64,000 bases of DNA from contig OZ176051.1 of NCBI GenBank assembly GCA_964247055.1, positions 5,456,001 through 5,520,000 on the forward strand. Reading direction: 5' to 3'. The translations under genes were made by a program, and so were the position numbers. The DNA is from Paragordius varius (Eukaryota > Animalia > Nematomorpha). This document shows, one piece after another, positions 11,709 through 22,629 of this stretch; position 1 is the stretch's first letter; every line of letters begins with the position of its first letter. The notes under the pieces are model-generated. The model had not been told where the DNA came from. It made no database searches and worked only from the letters and a program-made list of their open reading frames with translations.

Positions 11709-12851
11709 ACTGGTTGGTTGGTTTTTCCTAAGTCGTAAACGACTTTTTGGATCTAGTTTTAACTACTTCTTTCCATTTTTTTTTTATCTTTAACCGCTAT
11801 ATTGAGCTCTTTCAATATCATTTTGGTCTCTTCTTTTATCGTATCCAACCACCTCATCGGTGGTCGGCCTCGTTTCCTTTGCCCTTCTACCTTCCCAAAC
11901 ATTGTATCTTTCTCCAGAGAATTCGATCGCATGACATGACCAAAATATCAGTGGCGTACCAAGCATTTGCGGCGTCCGGGGCATAAAACTTTTATGGCGC
12001 CACCACCCCTTTTTTTTAAAAGCCAATAAAACAAATCAGTAAAAAAAATACAAACGTTGTAACCTAAGGACTTTAGATAAGACAGCACAGTCATATAAAT
12101 TTTAAATCTATTAAATATATATATTTATATGATACTAAATTTATTCAATGGTACTAATTAGGTGAATAATAGAGTATATATTATAGGGATTTATTGCTGA
12201 AAAATCTCGTTTGAAAGTTCTTATTATTTTTGCATAATTAAATTTTATTTTAAAAATCATTTAGGCGCCCCTAGGAGCATGATGCACCCCCTTGCCCCCA
12301 CCTCGATACGCCCCTGCAAAATATGTTAACTTTCTTTTTAGAATTATCTCCAGGATGTTTGTTTTAGGTTTTATTTCTGAAATTAGATTTCCATTCTTAA
12401 TTTTATCTTTCCAGGTGTATCCTAGCATCCTACGCCAGCAGCTCCTTTCAAAAGCCATGAGCCTTTCTTTGTCCCTTTTTCTGAGAGTCCAACCCTCACA
12501 TCCATATGTGGTTACCGGGAGTACGAAACAGTAGAGTAATCTTTTTTTGGTTTCAACTCCTACGCTTTTGTTTTTCCATATCTTTATTAATTTAGACATC
12601 GCCTCTCTACTTAATCCTATTCTCTTTCTGATGTCAGGAGTTGAAGACCCATCTTCTGAAATTATTGCGCCCAAAAACGTTAACTGTTTAACTATTTCTA
12701 TTTCTACTCCTTCTATAAAAAATTGTAGGCTTTTTTCCTGTACATAATATTTTGGTTTTGTTAGGATTAAGCTTAAGACCATAACTCAAATTCATTTCGA
12801 ATCTCTTCAATCAATTCCTTCAGATCATTTGCACTTTCAGCTAGAGTGGTA
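11709..12851 (-). mobile_element. 5'-truncated RTE-clade non-LTR retrotransposon (end of RT domain plus C-terminal region)
   Basis: Minus-strand translation ..GLKLNPNKTK..TFLGAIISEDGSS..DIRKRIG..KRLL..VTTYGCEGWTL..AFERSCWRRMLG..TW.DK.., then after the MITE YFGHVMRSNSLEKDTMFGKVEGQRKRGRPPMRWLDTIKE; (AACC)3 tail at ~11710-11721. These motifs are typical of RTE ORFs. A few 1-nt frameshifts. Confidence 0.9.
11949..12316. mobile_element. hAT-type MITE (368 bp) inserted in the RTE ORF
   Basis: 8-bp TSD CAAAATAT (11941-11948, 12317-12324) and TIRs CAGTGGCGTACC / GATACGCCCCTG. Removing it restores the frame ..KLTYF-GHVMR... Confidence 0.92.
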
Positions 12852-13553
12852 TATTTATTAAAAACCGCAATTTTTACCTGTATTTATAATAATGTCAAAA
12901 ATATGAAGTAATTAATTACAATTAACAATGCAAAACCTAAAACTTAATTTTTACTAAATTTGTTAATAATACCTGTATTTATAATAATGTCCAAAATATG
13001 TAGTAATTAATTATAATTAACAATGAAAAACTTAAAAACAAAAAAACTAAATTTTTATTAGATTTGTTAAAAACCGCAATTTTTACCTGTATTTATTATG
13101 ATGTCCAATATATGTATTAATTAATTACATTTAACAATGCAAAACATAAAAAAACAAAAAAACTAAATTTTAACTAAATTTGTTAAAACCGCAATTTTTA
13201 CTTGTATTTGAATAATGTCCATATGTAGTAATTTTAACAATGAAAACCTAAAATACTAAAAAAACTAAATTTTTACTAAATTTGTTAAAAACCGCAATTT
13301 TCACCTGATTAAAATGTCTAAAATACTTTAAAATTATTAATAATTAACAATGCAAAACATAAAAGACAAAACAATCTAATTACACAAATATATATTTACC
13401 TATTTATTAGTAATAACAACTAAATAAAATTATAATACCAATATTAATAAACACATGTATTTAGGATGTTGAAAAATATATATTAAATTTAGAAAACATA
13501 AAAAATCTTTAAATATGTATTTTACTATTTATTAAAATAATGTTTTGTTAAAT

Positions 13554-13558
<5 letters not shown>

Positions 13559-13594
<36 letters not shown>
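13559..13594. repeat. (TA)n microsatellite
   Basis: Direct reading. Confidence 0.95.
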
Positions 13595-13596
<2 letters not shown>

Positions 13597-13608
13597 TATT
13601 ATATACAG

Positions 13609-13815
13609 ACATAAAGCCAGTCCAATCAAACACACGTAATTGATCTAATTGTTTCCGTTCATATAGATGTTAAAACAGTGTGATTAAATACATATCATTG
13701 TGCCAATTTTATTGAAGAGTTTACCATAAGATAGCTTGCGAATTCATTTGCGAAAAAATTTAAGCGACTTAGTTTTTGAAACAATAGAAAATCGAAATTG
13801 GGATAAAAAGTAAAA
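13609..13815 (+). pseudogene. Possible decayed FN3-like exon
   Basis: Bounded by cag| and |gtaagg. Fragment ..IEEFTIR*LANSFAKKFKRLSF*NN.. echoes ..NFTIQ..KPKFKRLRICN.. in the exon at 16936. Multiple stops and a frameshift. Confidence 0.25.
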
Positions 13816-14132
13816 GTAAGGTTAATTAGGCTTATCAAAAGAGTAATTATTAAACTTAAGATTAAGAATAGTTATCATTTTATTAAATATTTACGAATTA
13901 TAAGTAGTCTAAAATCATATAATTAGGGTTTTTTATTTACACTTAAATAAAAAATTCGTGTCCTTCAACATACTATTACATATATTTTTTCATGAATTAT
14001 TTTCAAAAAAACTTTTAATTACCAACACTAATAAATCTGTAAATATCTGATAAAATGTAGTCTTTAAATCACGTTCATTATATTTTTGATTACCCTTAAA
14101 TATCCTAAATTTTTACTAATTGCCAATTTTAA

Positions 14133-14381
14133 AATTCCTTATTTCAAAAACGTGGTCAACAAATAAAAAATTTTGTGGCAAATGAATTCGCCGGTTATGA
14201 GCCACCTCATAAAAAAATATAAAATTTGCAGTATTTAGTAGTTTTTAATGTTATATGGCCCAATAGCATTTACAATAAAGGACAATTGTACGTGGAAGTA
14301 AAAGGATAAACATTATTTTTTAAATTTTTCAGTTTACTCAAAACACCATATGGCAAAAACGATAATAAAACCATTAATTAA
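14133..14381 (+). pseudogene. Decayed exon-like frame (~82 codons, 2 internal stops)
   Basis: ..QIKNFVANEFAGYEPPHKKI*NLQYLVVFNVIWPNSIYNKGQLYVEVKG*TLFFKF..; YNKGQLYVEV resembles NYGTGIYVQV in the exon at 16632. Unusually few stops for this base composition. Confidence 0.35.
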
Positions 14382-14705
14382 TTATACGCGTTAACATTTT
14401 ATATATACAGGTAACCCCTTTATTGAGTTTATTTTTATAAATATTTTAATTTTTGATTATAATCTGGATAAATAAATATATTATATATTAAAAAATGCGA
14501 CTGGTTTATATGTTACAAAATAAATGATTGTAATTTATATATAGCAAACCAATTTACAGGTAATAATTATTATTTAATTTATTAATATATTTCAATGCTG
14601 ATTTTCATTCACTCTTTTACTTTCAGGTTAACTTTTAATTAAGCTTGTGATTAATTTACTCCTTATAAATGTTTCATCACATTATTTTATGTCATATGGA
14701 ATATA

Positions 14706-14864
14706 CAGTAGCGTATGCAGTAAAAGATTGTTAGTGCAAAATAATCTTAATAGGGGGATATTATGGATATTATAAATAGGACTTTAATATATGAAAATTG
14801 TCCCCTTGTTTTGTGTTCATTAAGATTAGTTATCACTAACAATCTTTTACTGCATACGCCACTG
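14706..14864. mobile_element. MITE of the same family as 6145-6311, 159 bp
   Basis: TIRs CAGTAGCGTATGCAGTAAAAGATTGTTAGTG / CACTAACAATCTTTTACTGCATACGCCACTG, TA TSD. Confidence 0.9.
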
Positions 14865-15479
14865 TATAATGCATCATAATAGTCTCAGCCGCATAAGTTC
14901 CAAAATGTAAAATAAGGTGGTGTATCTAGACTAGATTGTTTATATAATGTTATCGTAACTCAGATTCTTTATATATTTCAAATTACAAAATGCATCCTTA
15001 TATACGAATTTAACAAATACAATTAGTGTTTAACACTTCGATCCAAATTGGGGTATCTAAATACCCCAGACTAAATTTAAATAAATTTTTTTTAAAAAAA
15101 TACTGGAAACGGTCCCAATTTATTATGCTTCTGTCCTGATAAAAATTAATATAAAGCCAAAAGATCTTGATAAAATTTTGTTTTGAAAAAAAAAAGTTCC
15201 ATCTCAAACTACTTCGACGTCATTTTTATTTCACAAAATTTTTGCCAAATATCATATTAATTTAATTTTATGGGTAAAACAAAAGCTAATTTTTTATATA
15301 AATTACATCTAACCTTGATAGAAATAGAAAAAGCGGTTTATTTTGATTATTTTTTAATTTTGCGATTTGAGACATGTCACGTTGACGAAATTTTTACCTT
15401 TGGGTTTTTGTAAAATAAGTAATATCAAGTATTTTTGAATAAAATTTTAAATATACTTCGGTTATTAATGTGTTATAAG

Positions 15480-15720
15480 TGCAAAACTTTGCCATGGTTT
15501 TGATTCCTTTCCTACCCCAATTTAAATCGAAGGACTATAATCAGTGTGTTGTATCCAAGTGAATAAACTTGATATATTGATCGTAAGCACAATTAAATCA
15601 TCGAAAATGTTTAAAAACAATATACAAAATTATTAAACAAAGGTGATTATGGAAAATAAGGATGTATGGATGCAGATATGAAAGATTTATGGGTAAAATA
15701 TAATTTTTTTGAGAAAAGAA
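15480..15720 (+). pseudogene. Decayed Ig-like exon
   Basis: Phase-1 start after ag. ..DYNQCVVSK*INLIY*S.. then, after a frameshift, ..KLLNKGDYGK*GCMD.. matches the Ig core C..W..D-x-G-x-Y-x-C if TGA=W and TAA=Y. Confidence 0.35.
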
Positions 15721-15739
15721 AGCATTTTTAAACACCACA

Positions 15740-16560
15740 GAATATCTTAATAAAATATATGAAATTTGATGGAAAATGTGTCAGGATTCTCATGGTGCTT
15801 TTGGTTTTGGGCTTTTTGAGTGATTTTAGATAATTTGCATCCATATTAAAAAATCTAAAAATTAGTGCACATTATGCTAATATTTATTAGTGAGAGCTAA
15901 TTGTTGTTTCATTTTAAATATATCGTAAAAAAATATATATAAGCTCTAACTAAAAAACAACATTCATCTTAAAATTGAATTTTGGACGTATGCTCCAAAA
16001 ATTTCACATTTTTGGACCCGTCTTATTTGGGCTAGTTTTTCTAGAACGCAAAAAGCGGAGATTGCGCGATAAGAATCTTTTATTGCTTTATAACATCAAA
16101 TATTTTAAAAAATTTTAAATTTTACCTTTAAGTTAAATTTTCATTTTGTCAAAGCGAATTTCTTAAATTTTTAAAGCTTGGTTGAAATATGATATAAAAA
16201 ACACTTTTCCTATCAAATTCGATGGTGATCATTTCTGTCCCCTCTGTATTTCAATTAAAACTTTTTTGCTCCAAGTTTGAGTAAATTATAATTATTTTTG
16301 CAAAATTTTACCAAAATTTAAAAACAAACTAACTTTTAATCGGAATTCGAGGTTATAGGAATATTTAGATCATCTTATGAAAAATGATTTTAATATATTT
16401 TAAAAAGCTTTTATACGGTTTCCAACATGCTTAGAATTATGAGGCGGGCTTTAATTTTTGCCAAAATTTATATTTTAAAGAGATTGTTTGTTTTTAAAAA
16501 ATATTCTGGAATTTCTTATCGCCTAATCTCGGCTTTTTGCTCTTTAAAAAACCTTTTTTT
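15740..16560. mobile_element. Truncated foldback element related to 6900-8200
   Basis: Shares ..TTTTGGACGTATGCTCCAAAA.. and ..GATGGAAAATGTG..CATGGTGCTTT.. with the 7-kb element; internal inverted pair AAAAAGCGGAGATTGCGCGATAAGAA / TTCTTATCGCCTAATCTCGGCTTTTT. Confidence 0.6.
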
Positions 16561-16631
16561 TAATTTAATATAATTACGTGGGAAGAATTATTTGGCATCA
16601 AATATTCATAAATTAATGTATGCGTTTTTAG

Positions 16632-16867
16632 AACCTGAGATGAATTTAATAGGCGATCGAAAACTAAGATTGGATTGGCCCGTCTGGAATCCTAAAAATA
16701 TTTATAACCTATCAGTGTCTTGTAATAATGACACTAATCCTGAATGGAAATACATAGACACATTTAATTATGGAACCGGGATATATGTGCAAGTTGTCGA
16801 TCTACCCTGCACAAGCCTAAAGATAAAATTTTCCCATAACAAATTTGAAAGCATTGCAAAAATCCCG
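16632..16867 (+). CDS. Exon A, FN3-like domain (may belong to a pseudogene)
   Basis: tttttag| phase-1 start; stop-free EPEMNLIGDRKLRLDWPVWNPKNIYNLSVSCNNDTNPEWKYIDTFNYGTGIYVQVVDLPCTSLKIKFSHNKFESIAKIP; Trp/Tyr placement is FN3-like. The donor at 16868 is phase 0, whereas exon B needs phase 1. Confidence 0.6.
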
Positions 16868-16935
16868 GTATTTATAGATAGCAATGTCATTAAAGCGATT
16901 ATTTATTTAGTGAAATTTTTTACGATATTAATTAG

Positions 16936-17202
16936 AATTTGAACCAAATGCGTTGCCCATTTATAAATTAAGAGCAATGTTCCTCTCTGAGGGATACATA
17001 ACACTTACTTGGGATTCGTTTTCATTTGCTTCCAATTTTACCATACAACAAAATCAAAGTGGTGGACCAGTTAGATTTAGACGTTGGTGGAATATAGTTA
17101 ATGTGTCTGCGAACGAAGCTCACATTAAACCGAAATTTAAGCGTCTAAGAATCTGCAACGCTTCTAAGCCAGTTCAATGCAGAGAAATTGACATTGGTTT
17201 AA
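16936..17202 (+). CDS. Exon B, FN3-like domain
   Basis: attag| .. |GTATGT, phase 1-1, 267 nt, stop-free: EFEPNALPIYKLRAMFLSEGYITLTWDSFSFASNFTIQQNQSGGPVRFRRWWNIVNVSANEAHIKPKFKRLRICNASKPVQCREIDIGL. The ITLTW motif is typical of FN3 strand B. Confidence 0.65.
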
Positions 17203-17846
17203 GTATGTTAAGACGTCTTTTATTTTTAAAAATGATTGCTTTGTATGCCTCAGGGAAAATTAAAATGTAGCATATATCATAAAACTCCAAGTATTTTCCC
17301 TCAGAGCTAAAAATAAAAAAGTTAAACTTTTTATTACCAAAAATTTTCGAAATTTTATATTCAGTAAAACTTGAAAAGACAAATATTTTTATAAAAGGAC
17401 AATAAGGATGAAATATATAGTTTTGGGTGGGAAAATAGGGAAATAATTTATAATAAAATGTATCATTGTTTTTAATAAAATACTGTTATTGATATAAATA
17501 AAAATTTAAGTTAAAATATAGAATGAAGTTAAAAAACAATATCGAATCATAGAAAATATGAGCCAAAAATAATGTAATTATTAACCCATAAATTGACATG
17601 ATTCAAGTCTTTATAAGCAATCAGTAAACATTGCGAAACATTCGGTAGCAAAAAAGAGATATATTGTGCGTGAAAACATATTGTTATTACCAATTAATTA
17701 CCTTGATAATTCTACGTTTATAAAATTTTAATTACAATATTTACTCTACAATTAAATTTTTTTATGATAGGCTCTATAGCTTTATATAAGCACAGTAGGA
17801 AAAATTTGAGCACAATAAGTTTTCTATTCCAAAATATGGGGCTATA

Positions 17847-18815
17847 CCAATTGTATTCATATGTTTAACCGGTTTAACTAAGATTGACGTCAGGGAAAAG
17901 TATGCAGACGATTCATTTGTTAAAAATGCCTTTTATCTTACCGACAAACACACTCAATTTGTCGCAAAAAATTAGCGTCTATATTTATCATTCACTAATC
18001 ATGTCGAATTATGTACAAAAGGAACATTTTCGGCACGCATTGTTAGAAGAGAAAGGGCTGTCGAAAGTTATCGTTTGCGGGCAAAAAATGATGAAAATAT
18101 GTAAACCACGGTTACAAATTATTAAAAGTTATTTGATGTGAAAGAGTGTGGGCGCTTTGGTAGACCACACAACTGCGAATACTTAAGTACACGAGTTATT
18201 GATTTAACCAAACTTAAACCTTATAACAATTGGCAGAAGCATTGCATGGATTACAAAAAAACAATTGATAGATGTCTATAAGATAGGAGAGACCAATAAA
18301 CCCGAAATGAGTCCCACACAATTGGAGCGAACGTTCGAAAATTGCATAGTGATAACAAAATCTGTCAGCATCACAAAATAAATTATATTTTGTAAAGCGG
18401 AAATCGTAGTCTCCTTTTCAAGCCGGTAAATCAACACCTAGGTCAAATTATAGAATTTTAATTGGTGAAACCGTTCATACACAACGCTATCTCCGATCAT
18501 TTTGTTATACCCCAATCACAGCAAAACCATTTAAAGACACCCTGAAATTTCGATTATTCTTAAGCATCTGCTTGTTATCTGGCTTGCAACTTCGCATCAA
18601 TGGGGCACACTCTCGCAAAGCAGCACTTCAATAAATTTGAAGACGTTGGAAAATGGCTTGACTAATAGTTCCCATAAAAAACAGTCAGTTTTTCGGGCAT
18701 AGAAATATATTACCAGAGATCTATAGAAGTCGATAATGTTGTGATTAAAATAAATAATTGATTTCTAAATTGTTTTTTAACCAACAAACCGGAAAAAAAT
18801 TACGGCTACACCTAT
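17847..18815 (+). mobile_element. Decayed mariner (Mos1-like) transposon
   Basis: MSNYVQKEHFRHALL at 18001 (cf. Mos1 N-terminus), SMGHTLAKQHFNKFEDVGKWLD near 18600-18665, degenerate TIRs; many stops and deletions. Confidence 0.85.
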
Positions 18816-20048
18816 TTGATAAAATAATAATTAATTTTATTTGTCTCCTATAAAGATATGGTCATATTTCGATATTTCAAAATTAAATAATCGCATTTTA
18901 TTTTATTAGGTGATATTAAAATTTTTGATAATGAAACGGTAAAAATAATTTATAGCGTGAAAGCTTTTTCCAATATTTATTTAACTTTATAATATTTGTC
19001 TTGAACTGAGTTTAGGAATTGAATCTAGATAATATAGATAGAATATATTGTTTTATAAAGATGTCGTTCGTTTTAGTGCTCAAACTGTCCTTAAACGCTT
19101 CAAATTCACCCTTTTTTTAATTTATACCTAAATACTACTAAAGATAATTTTTTGTTTAAACTCTGACTTATATTTAATATTGAATTGTTTTGATATACTC
19201 ATCTCATCGATTTTAGCACCCTGTTAGATTTGTTCTTTATAAAATATTGGAAAAAATAGGTTATTTTTGATTTTCGCCATAAAAACCAAGACACACCAAA
19301 TCAAATATTCATTGAGTTAATAAAAAAAACAAGAAATATTTGAGTGTTAATTTTTACTTTCGATGGTCAATATTAAATAAGTAAGAATTTCACATGTCCA
19401 AGGGTAATATCAAATAGAGGTTAGATATGAAGTATCTAAGAGATCTGTAAATTCTTTATTACTAGAACTAAAATATAGGCATTCATGAAATCTCCTATGC
19501 ATTGAGAGTACTTTTATACAGGTTGATATAAAAAAATATCCATTTACTCTGGATTTTAATATGATTTTTTTCCCGAAAAGCAGATCATATTTGAATAAAA
19601 ATTTTAAATCATATTTGGGGTACTGGTTCAATTCCATATCTCAATCGACTGATGATTTTTTAATAACGAAATATAGGAAGATGTCTATATGAGCCTTAGT
19701 TCCTTAAATCCGCTTAGTTTAAATCTATCTGGAATGTTTATTGATTTTTCTGATTACTATAATCAGTTAAATATATAAAATAAAAGTACTTAGTTCCAGG
19801 AATCCCGATGTCGGAGAATTGAAAAACGTCATATTCTGGATTCTGTCCTTGATGACCTTTGAGGTCCTATAAAGAATATAGACTTCAACTCTTAAATCTT
19901 TTATACACCCTTTAGTAATTATATAAAATGAGTATACTGTTTTAATATAAACAGTATTTTAAATATAATGCAGCAGAAAAACGAATTGGCCAAATATAGA
20001 AATATGTTCTGTTTTAGCCCAACAACATTTTGCTTTTTACCATATATA

Positions 20049-21205
20049 CTAGGTGTTGTCATTTTACCGTTTTTTAACAAAAAATGTAATTTTGACAAAT
20101 CAATATTTATTTTATTCCAAAAATTGTCCATCAGTTTATACACATTTTGCCCATCTCTCAGGATATATATAAATGCCGAGTCAGAAAAATTGATTGTCTT
20201 TTGCGGCAAACCCTACCTCATGCCATTTTCCAGCGTCTTCGAAATTATTACTGCGATAGTGTGTTCCATTGATGTGAAGATGTATTGGTAGGATGCCAGG
20301 TCAAGAGAGATTAGTGTATGCGAAAGATTTTCTCATCGAAGCGATTTCAATGTGTCTTTCCATGGTTTTGCTGTCAGAGACCGTGCATTACCATTGTTGT
20401 AAAATTAATTTTCTCATATCTTCTAGCCCATTTCGGTCGTTTATATGCATACTTTAGATTAATCATTTGTTGGCGATAGGACTGTGTGTTAACGGCTTCA
20501 CCGGGATCAAAAGATCATAATACACATATCCCATTAGACATAGAATACTGATCTTTTGCCGAAGCGATTTGGAATTGGTGTTGAGAAATTGGCTTGGAGA
20601 GATAAGGGCTACAATTTTGTGTCTTATGTTTACAAAACAAAGTTTCTCCAGCCATCCCAATTCGATGGAAAATGATTTGACGCATGAAAGCAGTAAAAAT
20701 CACTTTGTGATTTTCAATCTGACCTCGTTTCGAATTGTGTGGAAGCCATTCGAGCTTATACTTTTTCATTGCTCGTAGACATCTTGTTTTTTGTGATACA
20801 TGGCATGCTTCTACCAATTATTAAGTTTGAGTTGGGTCATTATGCAATAATGCACTTAAGCGTCTTCGTAATTGTGTGTTCTACGAGAGGACCCATTATT
20901 CTTACATGAAATATCCAATTTATCGAAACCGTGTTATACATGTGATAATCAATAGAATATGTTCACCATATGTTTCTGCAAGCAAGCGATATCCAATAAT
21001 CTTTTTCTTCTGATGACTATGTGTGCCAAAAATTTTATTTTTTTAACACAAAATTATTTATGATAAGAATAAGACGCTAGTGTTTGGCGAAAAGTTGTGA
21101 GTGTTTTTAATGTCAGATGAAAAAAAAACTAGGTTGAATCAAATTCGTCTGCGTATTTTTCGCTAACATCTTCTCTTAGTTGAACCGGTATATGGCCACA
21201 CCTGG
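20049..21205 (-). mobile_element. Decayed mariner (Mos1-like) transposon
   Basis: TIRs TA|CCAGGTGTGGCCATATACCGGTT (minus strand, 21205) and TA|CTAGGTGTTGTCATTTTACCG (20049). Fragments AETYGEH, LLHNDPTQT, WLPHN..IENHK..FHRI and C-terminal FEDAGKWH..FAAKD..PERWAKCV. Confidence 0.88.
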
Positions 21206-21366
21206 TATAGCCTATGTGTAAACACATTTTACCATATAAGTTGCGCACAGTCTGAGTATTGAAATTATTAAAATTTGAATTTATATTTTTTTAATTGAAC
21301 AACCTATAATTAATAAATTTAGATGCTATGTATTTGATTAACTTGTATATTATTTTTTTGTTTAAG

Positions 21367-21607
21367 ATATAACGCTTTACCGGCAGCCCCATCCTGATAA
21401 ACTTATACTTAAGTTTGATCCTCGTGCCAACAAAAGTTTGATAATAAATCCTGATGCTGTTGTATGGCAACACAACGGAAAAAAGCTACCTGAAAAGGGC
21501 AAAAAATATAACAGATATGAAATAGATAACCCGAATTCTATACATAATGGTAATTATACTGTCAAGATTGGTTTATCAACCTCAAATATATTAGCATATA
21601 ATTATAA
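21367..21607 (+). CDS. Ig-like domain exon lacking the canonical cysteines
   Basis: tttgtttaag| phase-1 start, compatible with exon B. Stop-free ITLYRQPHPDKLILKFDPRANKSLIINPDAVVWQHNGKKLPEKGKKYNRYEIDNPNSIHNGNYTVKIGLSTSNILAYNYK; WxHNG and NGNYT are Ig hallmarks. Ends at |gtaagc (phase 2) or reads on to TAA at 21609-21611. Confidence 0.7.
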
Positions 21608-21974
21608 GTAAGCATAAAATGGGCCCTCTAACATAACGAGCTATTTAAAATTTGTTACAAGGGGATTTTTTTACACTTTTTAAAATAATATTGGGCTATT
21701 TTTACACCTCAATCATTACACATCTTTTAGTAATTTTGATATAAATTGCAATAAATAAATTGGATTTGATTCATTGATTCTTTAGGTGTTAAATTATAGT
21801 TTATTTATGAAATACAATAAAAAAACATTTTTTGTTATTTACGTAAAATATAATATATTCTTGTAAGAAGCCCTTTTTTAGTGTGAACGTTCTTTCAAAA
21901 TCAGTGTAAATTTTAAATATATGTTGATTTATAAAACTATAAACTGATGCAAAAATTCAAAATGATCCATACTA

Positions 21975-22082
21975 ACTCATCAATTTGGAAATGAGCATCA
22001 GTATAAAAAACCACAAATACAATGAACCACCCCTGATGAGCTTTTGAAATAAAATGTATCGTTCCGATGTTATGACAGTTAA
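21975..22082 (+). pseudogene. Decayed FN3-like exon fragment
   Basis: ..KPQIQ*TTPDELLK*NVSFRCYDS aligns by eye with LRLDWPVWNPKNIYNLSVSC of exon A, with stops at the W and Y positions. Confidence 0.3.
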
Positions 22083-22629
22083 GAGTTGTTGAGCTAATTT
22101 CCTACAACTACCAGCTTGTGATCATGATGAATAAAAAATATAAAAAATATATTTTTGTTTTCAAATATTTGTAATATATATTATTAAATTTATATATATA
22201 TATATATATATCATTTAATAAAATTAATAATTCATAAAAATTTAATCAAAGATAATCAATTATTTTTTGGAAAAGGGTTATGATGCGGATCATTAACCAT
22301 GTAATTTATGTCCCAATTGGGAAAATTGGGGTAGACCCTAAACCTAAGTAAAATATATTTTATAAACTAAAATATAAATTTAAAACTATATCAAAAATTC
22401 GCACTTATACCAGATTTATTAAAAATGAATTAATACTTATAATTTTATGGTTCCCTAGGTAAAATTTAAATATTATTATTTAAGATCGGCATGTTAGCCA
22501 TTAGTTATCCTTCAAACTGCAAAAAATACGATTAAAGTATGAAAGTCTCAAATTGGGCAACGTTCCTTAAAATTTTTCGCGCTATATTATTTATTTGCAT
22601 CTTTATGTAATTAACAGTTTAAACATTGG

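Larger units (their letters stand above)
9013..13540. mobile_element. Large foldback-type non-autonomous DNA transposon: ~1.6-kb inverted arms with internal ~100-bp subrepeats; right arm interrupted and truncated
   Basis: Starts TA|CAGTATGCATTTTAATG at 9013. The left arm (9013-10620) is mirrored by 10757-11708 plus 12852-13540 around a ~135-bp spacer. Subrepeat motif AAAAACCGCAATTTTTACCTG..AATTAACAATGCAAAAC. The complete right terminus ..CATTAAAATGCATACTG|TA is seen in the array copies. Confidence 0.85.

Noticed and set aside
11747-12747. ORF-track entries 11747-11986(+), 11790-12026(-), 12292-12534(+), 12547-12747(+)
   Set aside because: Antisense or off-frame shadows of the RTE ORF and the MITE.
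14552-14627. Neat 76-nt GT..AG intron-like segment
   Set aside because: Flanks have stops in all frames; may be UTR or chance, with no supportable exon.
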